Virus record (IMG/VR): IMGVR_UViG_3300027801_002650
Span: 16,840-80,839 of that record
Direction: 5' to 3' (one strand)
DNA: 64,000 bases
DNA from: a virus
The position numbers were made by a program, and so were the translations under genes. The notes beneath the pieces are model-generated. The model saw only the letters and a program-made list of their open reading frames with translations. It ran no database searches and was not told where the DNA came from. Positions within the stretch are counted from its first letter, which is position 1. Every line of letters begins with the position of its first letter. Positions 1 through 9,559 of the stretch are shown piece after piece.

Positions 1-2
1 AT

Positions 3-209
3 CACTTAGCTGAGTCAAACTCATCCTACTGGCACCACTTCAAATACTCAGGGTTGTGTACAATGTGTGCTGGTGCAGTATTTTTGCTAGGAATAGTTCA
101 TACATTTTTTCCGTTTATCGGTGACTGGTGGACAATTAGACTGTCAGAGAAAATATCAAAAATAACATATGAACAATTTGGATATAAGAAACTACAAAAA
201 AGAGACTGA
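3..209 (+). CDS. 5'-truncated small hydrophobic protein, DUF6356-like (absent from the ORF track)
   Basis: Frame 3 is open from the window edge to TGA at 207-209: HLAESNSSYWHHFKYSGLCTMCAGAVFLLGIVHTFFPFIGDWWTIRLSEKI... The H-x6/7-Y-x2-H ... G-x2-H-x3-P-F pattern resembles DUF6356 (recalled, not searched). Overlaps the next gene. Confidence 0.5.
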   Translation, partial: HLAESNSSYWHHFKYSGLCTMCAGAVFLLGIVHTFFPFIGDWWTIRLSEKISKITYEQFGYKKLQKRD

Positions 210-1125
210 GGAAATCATTCGTAAGTGGGAAAGAAAAGAGGATTTCACTTATTATACGTCAGGGTCAACAGGGGTGCCCAAGAAAATAACACATTCCTGG
301 AAATTGATGACAGCTGTTGCTGAGGAGAATTGCCTCTATAATAACTATACAAAGAATGATGTAATAGTAAACGCATGCCTTCCAGCATCCTCAATCGGAT
401 ATCCAGTTCTTTCTGTTTTACCTGCTTTGCTGACAGGATGCAGGTTGCAAACAATTGAGTTTAATCCTTATTCATATCTTGATGTGGTAAAGGAAGCAAC
501 TCATATGTTTATTCTTCCAGCAGTGTATAGAGTTATTAAAAAAACTGATAAATGGAAAAAATTTGATTGTACTGGGAAAATAGTATCTTGTGGTGCTGAC
601 ATTGTACCCGAGGGAATCAAGGAAGACGTTTTATCAAAAGGTGCTAAGAAGTTCCATCATTTATATGGATCGACAGAAGTGCCTCCTGCGATTTCCGACT
701 CAGAAGATGAAAGACAGATCGGCCAAAACCTTTCGCCTTTGATTGATTACTATGTCGAGAATGATGAACTGTTTATCAAATGGAAAAGTCAGGAATCATA
801 TTGGCAATCTGGGGACTTGGTCGATGAGAACATGAGAGTAACAGGCAGAAAGAAAAATATCCTAGCATTGAACTGTTCTCGCATACAACCTGAGACCATT
901 GAGAGATACGTACTGGATAACACCAACGTAAATAAATGCCTGCTTACAACCAAAAAAGACAAGGTATGGATGTATTTTGATGGTGACGAAGAAAATGATG
1001 TTGTTAAAGAAAGGGTACAGGAGTGGTATAAAGATTCTCCTGTCACAGTAAAAAAAGTTGGCAAAATATTAGTCAACAAAATGAATAAACTAATAAGAAC
1101 CGCACAGTACGAAGGAGTTTCATGA
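169..1125 (+). CDS. ANL-superfamily adenylate-forming enzyme (AMP-binding / acyl-CoA ligase-like), compact
   Basis: Core motifs YYTSGSTGVPK (A3), YGSTE (A5), SGDL (A7), GRKK (A8) and C-terminal NKMNKL (A10-like lysine). Confidence 0.85.
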   Translation: MNNLDIRNYKKETEEIIRKWERKEDFTYYTSGSTGVPKKITHSWKLMTAVAEENCLYNNYTKNDVIVNACLPASSIGYPVLSVLPALLTGCRLQTIEFNPYSYLDVVKEATHMFILPAVYRVIKKTDKWKKFDCTGKIVSCGADIVPEGIKEDVLSKGAKKFHHLYGSTEVPPAISDSEDERQIGQNLSPLIDYYVENDELFIKWKSQESYWQSGDLVDENMRVTGRKKNILALNCSRIQPETIERYVLDNTNVNKCLLTTKKDKVWMYFDGDEENDVVKERVQEWYKDSPVTVKKVGKILVNKMNKLIRTAQYEGVS

Positions 1126-1886
1126 TCGGTTTTATCAATATAGTCAAATGTCTTATTGAAGATTATAAGGTGGATAACGCATTTGATCTAGAACAGCTGA
1201 TTCTCTTAAAACGAGAACATAATATGCAATTCTCGAATATGGGGGAGCCACCTACAAAGTTCGTTTATTATGACGAAGACCTAAAAGAATATAATATGAT
1301 ATTCATGTATCTCAGAGAAGCAGATATGATTGAGCAATATGTTGATTCCGTTAAGGATTCAGGGCAAACCAAATTTCCAGAAGAGTATATTGTTTCAAGA
1401 TATGGCTCAATGTCAGACCTGAATGTTGCGATTAGACCTATCGACATTCCTGACACTCTTATTTCAAAGATGAGGGCAACTTTAGAGTTAGGGCACATTA
1501 GATGGTCTGACAAAAAGAGATTTGCTAGCATTGATATTTCTACCGAAGATAAGTTTGTTAAGTGGATAAATACTAATGAGATAGATAAGATTTGGACAAC
1601 CATACCAGAGGAATTGGATGGTGAAAACAAAGCAGAGCAATTTGAAATCTGGATTAGTCAAAAAGGAATAGCACTCAACGTTGAGTATCAAGTGAATGCT
1701 GATAACGATAACGTGAGATATTCTAAAGACCAAGAACAAATATCAGATGTGGTTCCTGCTGGTCTTAGTTTATACCAGGACGAACTCAAACAAGTTATTG
1801 ATCAAGCAAAAACTGCTAAATTTTCTGATGAATTCTTTTCAGCATTAACTGGCGCAGGTGCAACAGTAGACAAAACACAATTTTGA
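1122..1886 (+). CDS. hypothetical protein (254 aa)
   Basis: Long ORF with ATGA overlap upstream and TTGA overlap downstream; no motif recognised. Confidence 0.7.
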   Translation: MIGFINIVKCLIEDYKVDNAFDLEQLILLKREHNMQFSNMGEPPTKFVYYDEDLKEYNMIFMYLREADMIEQYVDSVKDSGQTKFPEEYIVSRYGSMSDLNVAIRPIDIPDTLISKMRATLELGHIRWSDKKRFASIDISTEDKFVKWINTNEIDKIWTTIPEELDGENKAEQFEIWISQKGIALNVEYQVNADNDNVRYSKDQEQISDVVPAGLSLYQDELKQVIDQAKTAKFSDEFFSALTGAGATVDKTQF

Positions 1887-2962
1887 GCAAATATTTTTGT
1901 GCATCACCTTTTACCAGAATGACCAGGTCTCCGAATGGTGACCTGAGAACCTGCGTGTATTCCCCACCTTTAGAGGGAGAATACACAAACATTCTTAGTG
2001 CTTTCAAGTCTGACGAAATGGAGACAATTCGCCAAGAGATGAGAGACGGTAAACGAAGACCTGAATGTGAGTGGTGTTATTTTTATGATGAATCCAACCA
2101 ATATTCCTGCCGACAAGACATAAACGAACGATACCCAGAACCACCATCTACACAGTTACGAGAATTAGATTTTGCTGCCTCAAACAAGTGCAACTACATT
2201 TGCGTAACTTGTGACGAGTCTGCTTCATCTGGATGGGAACAGAGAAACAAAGAATTTAGATTTGCTGCTAATGAAATCAAACATAAATTACCTGCTGACC
2301 TATCAGGGATTAGCAATCTAAAACAATTAACAATCATGGGTGGTGAGCCAACTATTGAACCTTACTACACTAATGAGTTCTGGGATTTGATCGAGAGTAA
2401 GACAGACAAGAACTTGTGGTTCCAGATGGTCACAAACTGCTCAGCATTCCCCAGCAAAAGATGGATGGATTTTCTCTCGGGTCTTGAGCATGTCAGCATA
2501 GGAATATCGTTAGACGGCATAGGAGAAGTCGGAGAGTTCTGCCGACTAGGTTGGAAAGAACGACCTTGGCGCAAAAACTTTTTGAAATGGATGAAGTTTT
2601 TTGATAGAGGATATGAGCTTGGGTCAAGGCATGACGGACCTTGGATAAATATTGTACTTAGCAATTATAATATATTATTCAGTGCTAAGACTTTGAAATA
2701 CGTTTCAGAGTTTGGTATGAGGCATCGAGTCATGCTCACAACTGCCTTTGAACCTGACTACCTCTGTCCTGCATATCTTCCCGATAAATTTAAAGAAGAA
2801 ATAGAGTTAATGGAGTATTTTGACGACAATCATCGAGACTTTGTTATTGACGTGTTAAAAACAGGTGAGTACAGCGAACCTGTGTATAAGAAGTTCCAAG
2901 ACTACACTAAATATTTAAACGCATTTGTGAAAGTACCAGAACCATGTCTACATTTTGTATGA
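1883..2962 (+). CDS. radical SAM enzyme #1, class A (N-terminal twitch/SPASM-like Cys domain)
   Basis: CNYICVTC (CxxxCxxC), MGGEP, SLDG; N-terminal FCASPF...TC...CEWC; TTG start. Confidence 0.92.
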   Translation: MSKYFCASPFTRMTRSPNGDLRTCVYSPPLEGEYTNILSAFKSDEMETIRQEMRDGKRRPECEWCYFYDESNQYSCRQDINERYPEPPSTQLRELDFAASNKCNYICVTCDESASSGWEQRNKEFRFAANEIKHKLPADLSGISNLKQLTIMGGEPTIEPYYTNEFWDLIESKTDKNLWFQMVTNCSAFPSKRWMDFLSGLEHVSIGISLDGIGEVGEFCRLGWKERPWRKNFLKWMKFFDRGYELGSRHDGPWINIVLSNYNILFSAKTLKYVSEFGMRHRVMLTTAFEPDYLCPAYLPDKFKEEIELMEYFDDNHRDFVIDVLKTGEYSEPVYKKFQDYTKYLNAFVKVPEPCLHFV

Positions 2963-4092
2963 GTCCATTCGTAAGAATGACGCAATGGTGGAATGGTAAT
3001 CTTAATACCTGCACTCATTATGGTGAAATGTCTGGTGACGGGACTGACATTGAGAAACAGGTGTTCATACCCGATGGTAAATATGATAGCCTCGCAGAAG
3101 CATTCGAGGGTGAAGAGATGGAAGACCTCAGACAGAAAATGCTGAACGGCAAGAAGCTCGAGGGATGCCGTTACTGTTATCATTTAGAATCTTTAGGACT
3201 CATGAGTTTGAGGGAGAGCATCAACTCCTGCTATGATGTTTCTGCAAGAAAAAAAGAGTTGAAGGAAATAGAGATTTATCCTTCAAACAAATGCAACTTT
3301 AGATGTACTATCTGTAACTCAGAAGCAAGCAGTGTATGGGGGAATACCACAATGCAAACTCCTGGAAGAATTCCTTCAAATCCATATATGCTTGACGGAC
3401 TTGGTGATATGAATTTGATTACTATCTCAGGTGGTGAGCCAATTATCATGCCAGATTATGATGGAGACTTCTTTGAGGGCAGGTCTACGAAAATGTTCAC
3501 GATGGCAACCAATAACTCAGTATTTCCTAGTGACCAGTTCTTTGAGTTCTTGGAAAGGTGTGAGGATATTTTAATATATCTTAGTTTGGACGGTATAGGG
3601 GAAGTTGGAGAATGGTGTCGCAAGGGTTTGAAGATGTCGAGATTTGAGAGGAATATGTACAAATGGCAACACTGGTTTGAGAATAGTAAGTTTGAGAGAA
3701 AGGGTAATCCTGATTACAAACTGCGACCACCTTACCTTACTGGTCTGAGAATAATGTATGTGATGCAACCATATAATATTCTAAATATGTATGAGACTCT
3801 AGAATGGGCAGAAGAACACGACATTATTTTAGATATGAGAAATTGCTACTCGCCAGAAAAATTGAATGTTGCCTACTTGCCCGATAGTATTAAGAATGAT
3901 ATTATGCAGGAAACAAAATTCTACAACGACGACCATAGAGAGTTCGTTGAGAAAATACTTGCATCTGCTAAATATGATGAGAGCAGGACAAGAGACTTTA
4001 TAGAGTATACAAAATACTTGATGGTGCTTGACGAAATACCTAGTCAATCATTGGAGATTTATAAAAAATGTTTGGATATAATCTCAGATTGA
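2944..4092 (+). CDS. radical SAM enzyme #2, class A
   Basis: CNFRCTIC, SGGEP, SLDGIGEVGE; N-terminal FCMSPF...TC...CRYC. Confidence 0.92.
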   Translation: MSTFCMSPFVRMTQWWNGNLNTCTHYGEMSGDGTDIEKQVFIPDGKYDSLAEAFEGEEMEDLRQKMLNGKKLEGCRYCYHLESLGLMSLRESINSCYDVSARKKELKEIEIYPSNKCNFRCTICNSEASSVWGNTTMQTPGRIPSNPYMLDGLGDMNLITISGGEPIIMPDYDGDFFEGRSTKMFTMATNNSVFPSDQFFEFLERCEDILIYLSLDGIGEVGEWCRKGLKMSRFERNMYKWQHWFENSKFERKGNPDYKLRPPYLTGLRIMYVMQPYNILNMYETLEWAEEHDIILDMRNCYSPEKLNVAYLPDSIKNDIMQETKFYNDDHREFVEKILASAKYDESRTRDFIEYTKYLMVLDEIPSQSLEIYKKCLDIISD

Positions 4093-4673
4093 ATGTCGAT
4101 GATCATGTCTGGACTAACTCCAAAGAACTGTACAGTCCAGAAAGGCATGTCATCATTGACAAATACAGAGACGGGTGCACAAGAGTTCCTTGTTGCCGGA
4201 ATGACAATATAGGATTAGAAAACTCTAGTTGGCCATTGCCTGTATTTATTATTTGGGCAAATGGTATTTATGTCAACCATCTCATGTGTTTTATGACTGA
4301 GGATGAAGCATTACGTTGGGTGCAACAGTGGATTAGAGAGGAAAAGGGTAAAAACTGTGGGAGATGGAACTTCCCCCACATCCACGCACATAACGTATTC
4401 GGCAATGATGTTTCATCTTTTTTACATCCTGTCTTTGATGGAGGCAAATTTATCGAGACAGTGACAGATGGACAGATAACAAATGAAAACTTCTGGAATG
4501 GTGGAACAATGGAAACATATCAAAATCACACCATTTTTAAAACAGATGCGGTAAACTCCTTTGATGTTATGGATCATTGGTTTGGTGTAGAAACCTACGC
4601 CAATGAGTTTATCGAATCCTTTTATGATGAACCCTGGCCAAGCGATTGGGATCTTGATTTGGTAATGAGTTAA
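4068..4673 (+). CDS. hypothetical protein (201 aa)
   Basis: ORF overlapping the upstream gene within the operon; no motif recognised. Confidence 0.65.
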   Translation: MFGYNLRLNVDDHVWTNSKELYSPERHVIIDKYRDGCTRVPCCRNDNIGLENSSWPLPVFIIWANGIYVNHLMCFMTEDEALRWVQQWIREEKGKNCGRWNFPHIHAHNVFGNDVSSFLHPVFDGGKFIETVTDGQITNENFWNGGTMETYQNHTIFKTDAVNSFDVMDHWFGVETYANEFIESFYDEPWPSDWDLDLVMS

Positions 4674-4680
4674 AAAAATT

Positions 4681-5166
4681 ATGGAATTTCAGTTTGAAGT
4701 AAGAAGCAAAATATACCCAAGCAAAACCTGGGACACCACCGACCAGTTCTGTATCGATCATGATCATTCTATACCAATGCATTATCAAAAACGCATACTT
4801 GAAATAGCATCGGAGTATGGCGTTTACAGAAAAATAGAAATGCTAAACGACGGCAAGGGCATGAAGTTGTATGCTCGTCTACCTTCCCCAACAATGTTTT
4901 CTGAATGGCTAGCCAAAAGAATAGACTATTTCTATGAGGCAAAGAACTCAGAAACAGAAGAAGACATGGAGGGAGAGATCCCTTATTTTCCAAACTCTTT
5001 TCAAAAACGATGCTGGCATTTGTCAAACTTCTCTCCCTTGATTCCCTACGATATTTTTTGGGAGAATGTGCATAAAGCATTTGACCTCGCAGAACACGAA
5101 TGCAAACTCAACTTAGACACTTTCAATGTTACAGCAAAAAAGGCATATCATGACCTTTATTCCTAA
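4681..5166 (+). CDS. hypothetical protein (161 aa)
   Basis: ORF filling the operon; no motif recognised. Confidence 0.65.
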   Translation: MEFQFEVRSKIYPSKTWDTTDQFCIDHDHSIPMHYQKRILEIASEYGVYRKIEMLNDGKGMKLYARLPSPTMFSEWLAKRIDYFYEAKNSETEEDMEGEIPYFPNSFQKRCWHLSNFSPLIPYDIFWENVHKAFDLAEHECKLNLDTFNVTAKKAYHDLYS

Positions 5167-5902
5167 AGAAGATTTTGAAAGACTGCATCATCAAAACATC
5201 ATACCAACAGATATGAAAATAAATGTAGAAGATTTTAAGTCTGAGATCAAAAATTATGACCAACACTTTTCCCAATGGGGAGACAAGTTCACAGACCTGG
5301 CTAGACTTGGATTGCCGTTGGTCAATAAAAATGGTAAACTTGGCAACAATCCCGAACCTGCTTGTTGGCCATTGGACAGATGGAACTTTGTTAACTTGGG
5401 ATACGAAGATACGGACGAAGGATTTACAGAGTTCTATAAAAATATACAGGAAAATATATTGTCTGACAAACTTGAACTTGAAATAGATTTTACTGAACCA
5501 ACAAAAGCATTGGATATGAAATCCCTTGATCCTCTGAATGACATCAAAGAATACATGGTTCGTAGTTGTATTCTTAAATGGGACACCCGTGCCCACTTCA
5601 AACCTCACTATGATACGTGGCACCCTGTTAGATGGCTGAGACTTTGGGGTACAACAGATCCCGACAGCATGTATTTAAGATTTAGAGCAGAAGACGATAA
5701 TACAGATGGCTTTTGTATGTGGAATGAAACCAACCAAGAGCATGAAATTTATAAAGCAGAAGAGAACATTGAAGCAGGTAGACTGTACCTGATGAATACG
5801 TTGAAATGGCATGACGCATTTGCCTTCAACGATAATGTACACCAGTTCTTTATAGCATTAAATATTGATTCTTATGAACACATTTTGCATGGCACCATTT
5901 AG
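5150..5902 (+). CDS. 2OG-Fe(II) oxygenase-like protein (Asp/Asn beta-hydroxylase-like double-stranded beta-helix)
   Basis: H-x-D motif (FKPHYDT) and distal His (GRLYLMNTLKWHDAF). ATG at 5150 preferred over 5126. Confidence 0.7.
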   Translation: MTFIPKEDFERLHHQNIIPTDMKINVEDFKSEIKNYDQHFSQWGDKFTDLARLGLPLVNKNGKLGNNPEPACWPLDRWNFVNLGYEDTDEGFTEFYKNIQENILSDKLELEIDFTEPTKALDMKSLDPLNDIKEYMVRSCILKWDTRAHFKPHYDTWHPVRWLRLWGTTDPDSMYLRFRAEDDNTDGFCMWNETNQEHEIYKAEENIEAGRLYLMNTLKWHDAFAFNDNVHQFFIALNIDSYEHILHGTI

Positions 5903-6941
5903 CAGGATGACTGGCGGTCCCGAAGGGACTTACCGTACCTGTTGCTATCACCCTCCTATCGAAAAAAGATACACTAATGTCCTTGATGCATTTGAGGGTG
6001 GGGAGATGCAAATCCTGAGGCAGAGAATGCTGGATGGTGAGCACATCAAAGAATGTGAATCTTGCTACTATTATGAATCCATAGGCGAACTGTCCCAGAG
6101 ACAGGTCATCAACCAAGAGCATACGTACATAAAAGAATATCATTTAGAAGGTCTTGAAATTTCCTTCAACAACAAATGTAACTTTGCATGTGTCACCTGT
6201 AAACCTGAGTCGAGTAGTATATGGGAAGATCGTGTGGGCAAGATAGACAAAATCACACCTGATTATTCCGGAGTTGATTTTAGCAAACTGAAACATCTGT
6301 CGTTTACGGGAGGTGAACCAACTATACAAAGGGAGTTCTCTCCTAAGTTTTTTGCGATGCTCGATGAGCAAGTAAAATACGATACATTATTTTTTTCAAT
6401 GAACACAAACTGCTCCAAGTTTGTTCATAGACCTTGGGTAGAGTTTATTAATAAGTTGAAGAGAGTAATGATAATGACAAGCATCGATGGGATAGGAGCT
6501 GTCGGAGAATGGGTCAGGTTAGGATTGAAGATGGATATCTGGGAAAAGAATGCTCTAAGGTGGAAAGACCTCTTGAAAGACAATAAAGAATATACTTACG
6601 GAGACATGACAAGTGGTGTCTGGTCAAATTTTGTAATGACAAACTATAACGTGTTCAACGTAGATGAAACTGAAAAATACCTTGCGTCACTTGGTATTCG
6701 GATGAGGAAAACAAATTGTTTTAGTCCAGAGTATCTTAGTCCAGAATATTTGCCTGACGAAATCAAAAAGGAATTACCTGCTAACGATTTTGTGCAGAAC
6801 ATTTTGAATGCAAATGAATATAATGAAAAACACTGCAAGGAATTCATGGTGTATACAAAATACCTTGAGACATTTGCTCCTGCACCTGAAGAAGCAAAAT
6901 TTGTCTATCGAAAATTAGAAGAATACTATGTGGCCAATTAG
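5874..6941 (+). CDS. radical SAM enzyme #3, class A
   Basis: CNFACVTC, TGGEP, SIDGIGAVGE; N-terminal FCMAPF...TCC...CESC. Start taken at MNTFC by analogy with its paralogs. Confidence 0.92.
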   Translation: MNTFCMAPFSRMTGGPEGTYRTCCYHPPIEKRYTNVLDAFEGGEMQILRQRMLDGEHIKECESCYYYESIGELSQRQVINQEHTYIKEYHLEGLEISFNNKCNFACVTCKPESSSIWEDRVGKIDKITPDYSGVDFSKLKHLSFTGGEPTIQREFSPKFFAMLDEQVKYDTLFFSMNTNCSKFVHRPWVEFINKLKRVMIMTSIDGIGAVGEWVRLGLKMDIWEKNALRWKDLLKDNKEYTYGDMTSGVWSNFVMTNYNVFNVDETEKYLASLGIRMRKTNCFSPEYLSPEYLPDEIKKELPANDFVQNILNANEYNEKHCKEFMVYTKYLETFAPAPEEAKFVYRKLEEYYVAN

Positions 6942-7881
6942 CATTGAAAAAGCAAAAAGATTGCAGATAGAAATAACAACATTCTGTAATGCTGCGTGTC
7001 CTTCGTGTGAGCGAGCCAACTATAAAGTGGGGACTATTTACAAGAGGCACCTGAACTCCATACACGTAAGTCTAAAACAACTGCAGAAATGGCTACCTTT
7101 GGAAGAAATGAAATCAATGGAAGTCTTCCATTTATGCGGTAACATAGATGAGCCAACGTTAAATCCTGAGATTTTTGAAATTTGTGAATGGCTAGAGCAG
7201 TATGCTCGAGTACATATTTCGACTAACGGAGGAACAAAGAACAAGGAATTTTGGAAAAAACTGGCGACTCTAAAAAACACGTCAGTTATCTTTGGTATCG
7301 ATGGTCTCGAAGACACGAACCATATCTATCGCAAGAATGTACGATGGGTAAAACTGCACGACAACTATAGTACTTATATAAAACACGGTGGACTAGCCTT
7401 CTGGCAGTTTATTATATTTGAACACAACAAGCACCAATTAGAGGATGCCAGAGAAAAATCTATAGAAGAAGGATTTGCATCTTTCAATACTATTCACTCT
7501 ATGCGAGAAAACCATGAGGTGGAAGCAGTTGCAAATGAAAGAGTCAAAGAAACATGCGTCAAATGTAAAGCAACATACGATAATGATGATTTGGGCGATG
7601 TAGGTTTTTATATAGACGTGAGGGGAACTGTTTGGCCTTGTTGTTGGATGGCAACAAGTTGGGTATCCAATAACGATATTGCACCAAAAACAAAACACTT
7701 TGGGCACTTCTTAGCTCATAATTTAAACTACGATACGTTGCAAGACATTATCAGTGGTGACCTGTTTACATACTTATGGGAGAACCTGGGTCAGTTCGAT
7801 ATATGTAACCAAAAATGTAAAGAAAACATAACCGATACCATTGTCTGGAATGCAGACTGGGAAAATATTATGAAAAGGTAA
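6928..7881 (+). CDS. radical SAM enzyme #4, class B (C-terminal SPASM/twitch-like)
   Basis: CNAACPSC, CGNIDEP in place of GGEP, STNG, WQFIIFEHN, C-terminal PCCW...CNQKC. Confidence 0.92.
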   Translation: MWPISIEKAKRLQIEITTFCNAACPSCERANYKVGTIYKRHLNSIHVSLKQLQKWLPLEEMKSMEVFHLCGNIDEPTLNPEIFEICEWLEQYARVHISTNGGTKNKEFWKKLATLKNTSVIFGIDGLEDTNHIYRKNVRWVKLHDNYSTYIKHGGLAFWQFIIFEHNKHQLEDAREKSIEEGFASFNTIHSMRENHEVEAVANERVKETCVKCKATYDNDDLGDVGFYIDVRGTVWPCCWMATSWVSNNDIAPKTKHFGHFLAHNLNYDTLQDIISGDLFTYLWENLGQFDICNQKCKENITDTIVWNADWENIMKR

Positions 7882-7883
7882 AT

Positions 7884-8843
7884 ATGATTTATGATGAATG
7901 GAATAATTTAGGCGAGGTCATAGTTGGTACCTCATATGAGGATTGCACTCTTGCTGGACTCGAGCAAATCGTCGATGAGACCAATGAAGATCTGGATACT
8001 CTTGCTAAAATGCTCGAGAATGAATGGTGCACTGTTCACAGACCTAAACAACCTGAGTTTGCTCAAACTAAAGAAGGTGGCGTGGAAATCCATCACCCCA
8101 TCATGCCGAGAGATTCCTTTGGATTTTTCGGGGACAAAATGATACAAACTCAAAACCTTAAAGAATCCAAGCAAGCAGAACTTGGCCTCTACGAACCTAT
8201 TGTGAACTCACATATGTTGAGTCGTAGATATGGATTATGGAGAATGCCGCACCCCTCAATCGATCCTGATCATGGGGTAGATGTATTATGGAGTGCGTCT
8301 AATCTTATGAAATGCGGGTATGATATATTGTACACCCAACCTGTGGAAAGAGATGAAACTAACGGGATTGGAACTCAAGCAGGACTGGACTGGATTGCTA
8401 CCAGACTTGGTACATATAATTTTATTGAAGTGCCGACGGGTGGTCATGTAAACAGCAAACTAACTCTTCTCAAGCCAGGTCTTCTAATGACACACAACGA
8501 AAAGTTTATTCCTAAAGAACTCAGAAAGTGGGATAAGATAATCGTTGAACAAATCAAAAAACCAAGATTCTCTGATACGTACACTCAAACATATTTGAAG
8601 AACTTTAAAAATTGGAAAGATTGGACTGGAAAACGGGACTCGATTCTAGAAATAAACTGCCTTGTTATCCGTCCTGATAAGATTATCACTACTGCCCAGA
8701 GTAAAGATAATATTAAGAAAATGGAAGACAAAGGAATTGAAGTGGTTATATGGGATCATAGACACAGATACTTTTGGGATGGTGGCGCACATGATTGCAC
8801 ACAAGATACTGCTCGCGGAGGCGAAAGAAAGAAATGGCGTTAA
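7884..8843 (+). CDS. amidinotransferase-fold (pentein) protein, glycine/inosamine-phosphate amidinotransferase-like, catalytic residues altered
   Basis: EWNNLGEVIVG, MPRD, GTQAGLDW, GGH and C-terminal WDGGAHDCTQD match the AGAT/StrB1 motif layout. Confidence 0.8.
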   Translation: MIYDEWNNLGEVIVGTSYEDCTLAGLEQIVDETNEDLDTLAKMLENEWCTVHRPKQPEFAQTKEGGVEIHHPIMPRDSFGFFGDKMIQTQNLKESKQAELGLYEPIVNSHMLSRRYGLWRMPHPSIDPDHGVDVLWSASNLMKCGYDILYTQPVERDETNGIGTQAGLDWIATRLGTYNFIEVPTGGHVNSKLTLLKPGLLMTHNEKFIPKELRKWDKIIVEQIKKPRFSDTYTQTYLKNFKNWKDWTGKRDSILEINCLVIRPDKIITTAQSKDNIKKMEDKGIEVVIWDHRHRYFWDGGAHDCTQDTARGGERKKWR

Positions 8844-9559
8844 CTGTCGATATTTATGGCGATAGTTTCTCCTGTCCCTGCTGCAAAACTGACGAAAAAG
8901 ACACCTACCTCGATATACTATCCGATCAATTTTTATTGGACAATACATCAAAGCATGGTGTTGGTGCACAATGGTGCGTTGAGAAGTTTATGGCAAGACA
9001 GTCTCATGGTGATTTTCTTTTATTCTGTCTGCCAGATGCACAAAGACTGTGGTTACAATATTTACCGGACTACATGGCTAGCCAGTCAAACAAAATATAT
9101 GCCATGATGAAGGCAAATAACATGGACTTTCCTGAAGAACTGGAAGAGTTGGCAGTTGAAGAAGCACCTAAAATATTTAAGGACTATGAAGGATACTACA
9201 ACACAGGCATGCACAGAATTTTTGAGGTCTTGGCTTCGAGTTTTATTTTGTCAAAGGCGAAACATTACAAGAAGGTTTTGATATGGCCATCGTCTGGCTC
9301 AGGTTTTCCTTTTCGTAACTATAACCACGCATTAGAAATACCTTCTAATGTACTCATGGTTCCGAAGTCCTTGACATTCATATCCCAATTCGAAATAAAT
9401 AATAAAACAAATCAGCCACATTTTGATTTTGATACTAGAAGCAATCACTTGTCACATGCAAATCACATTGTCCTTGCTAAGCAGATATCACAGTTTTTCT
9501 TGACAAACAAACACCCTGACATTATGGAATTTAAAAGATATATCTATGGAATGCAATAG
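8834..9559 (+). CDS. SGNH/GDSL-like hydrolase or acyltransferase (putative)
   Basis: N-terminal IYGDSFS, Gly block (HGVG) and C-terminal RSNHLSHANHIVLA. ATG at 8834 overlaps the upstream stop region. Confidence 0.55.
   Translation: MALTVDIYGDSFSCPCCKTDEKDTYLDILSDQFLLDNTSKHGVGAQWCVEKFMARQSHGDFLLFCLPDAQRLWLQYLPDYMASQSNKIYAMMKANNMDFPEELEELAVEEAPKIFKDYEGYYNTGMHRIFEVLASSFILSKAKHYKKVLIWPSSGSGFPFRNYNHALEIPSNVLMVPKSLTFISQFEINNKTNQPHFDFDTRSNHLSHANHIVLAKQISQFFLTNKHPDIMEFKRYIYGMQ

Noticed and set aside
1122-5166. Possible mutual homology among the three orphan ORFs
   Set aside because: Only vague N-terminal similarity by eye; not convincing without profile comparison.
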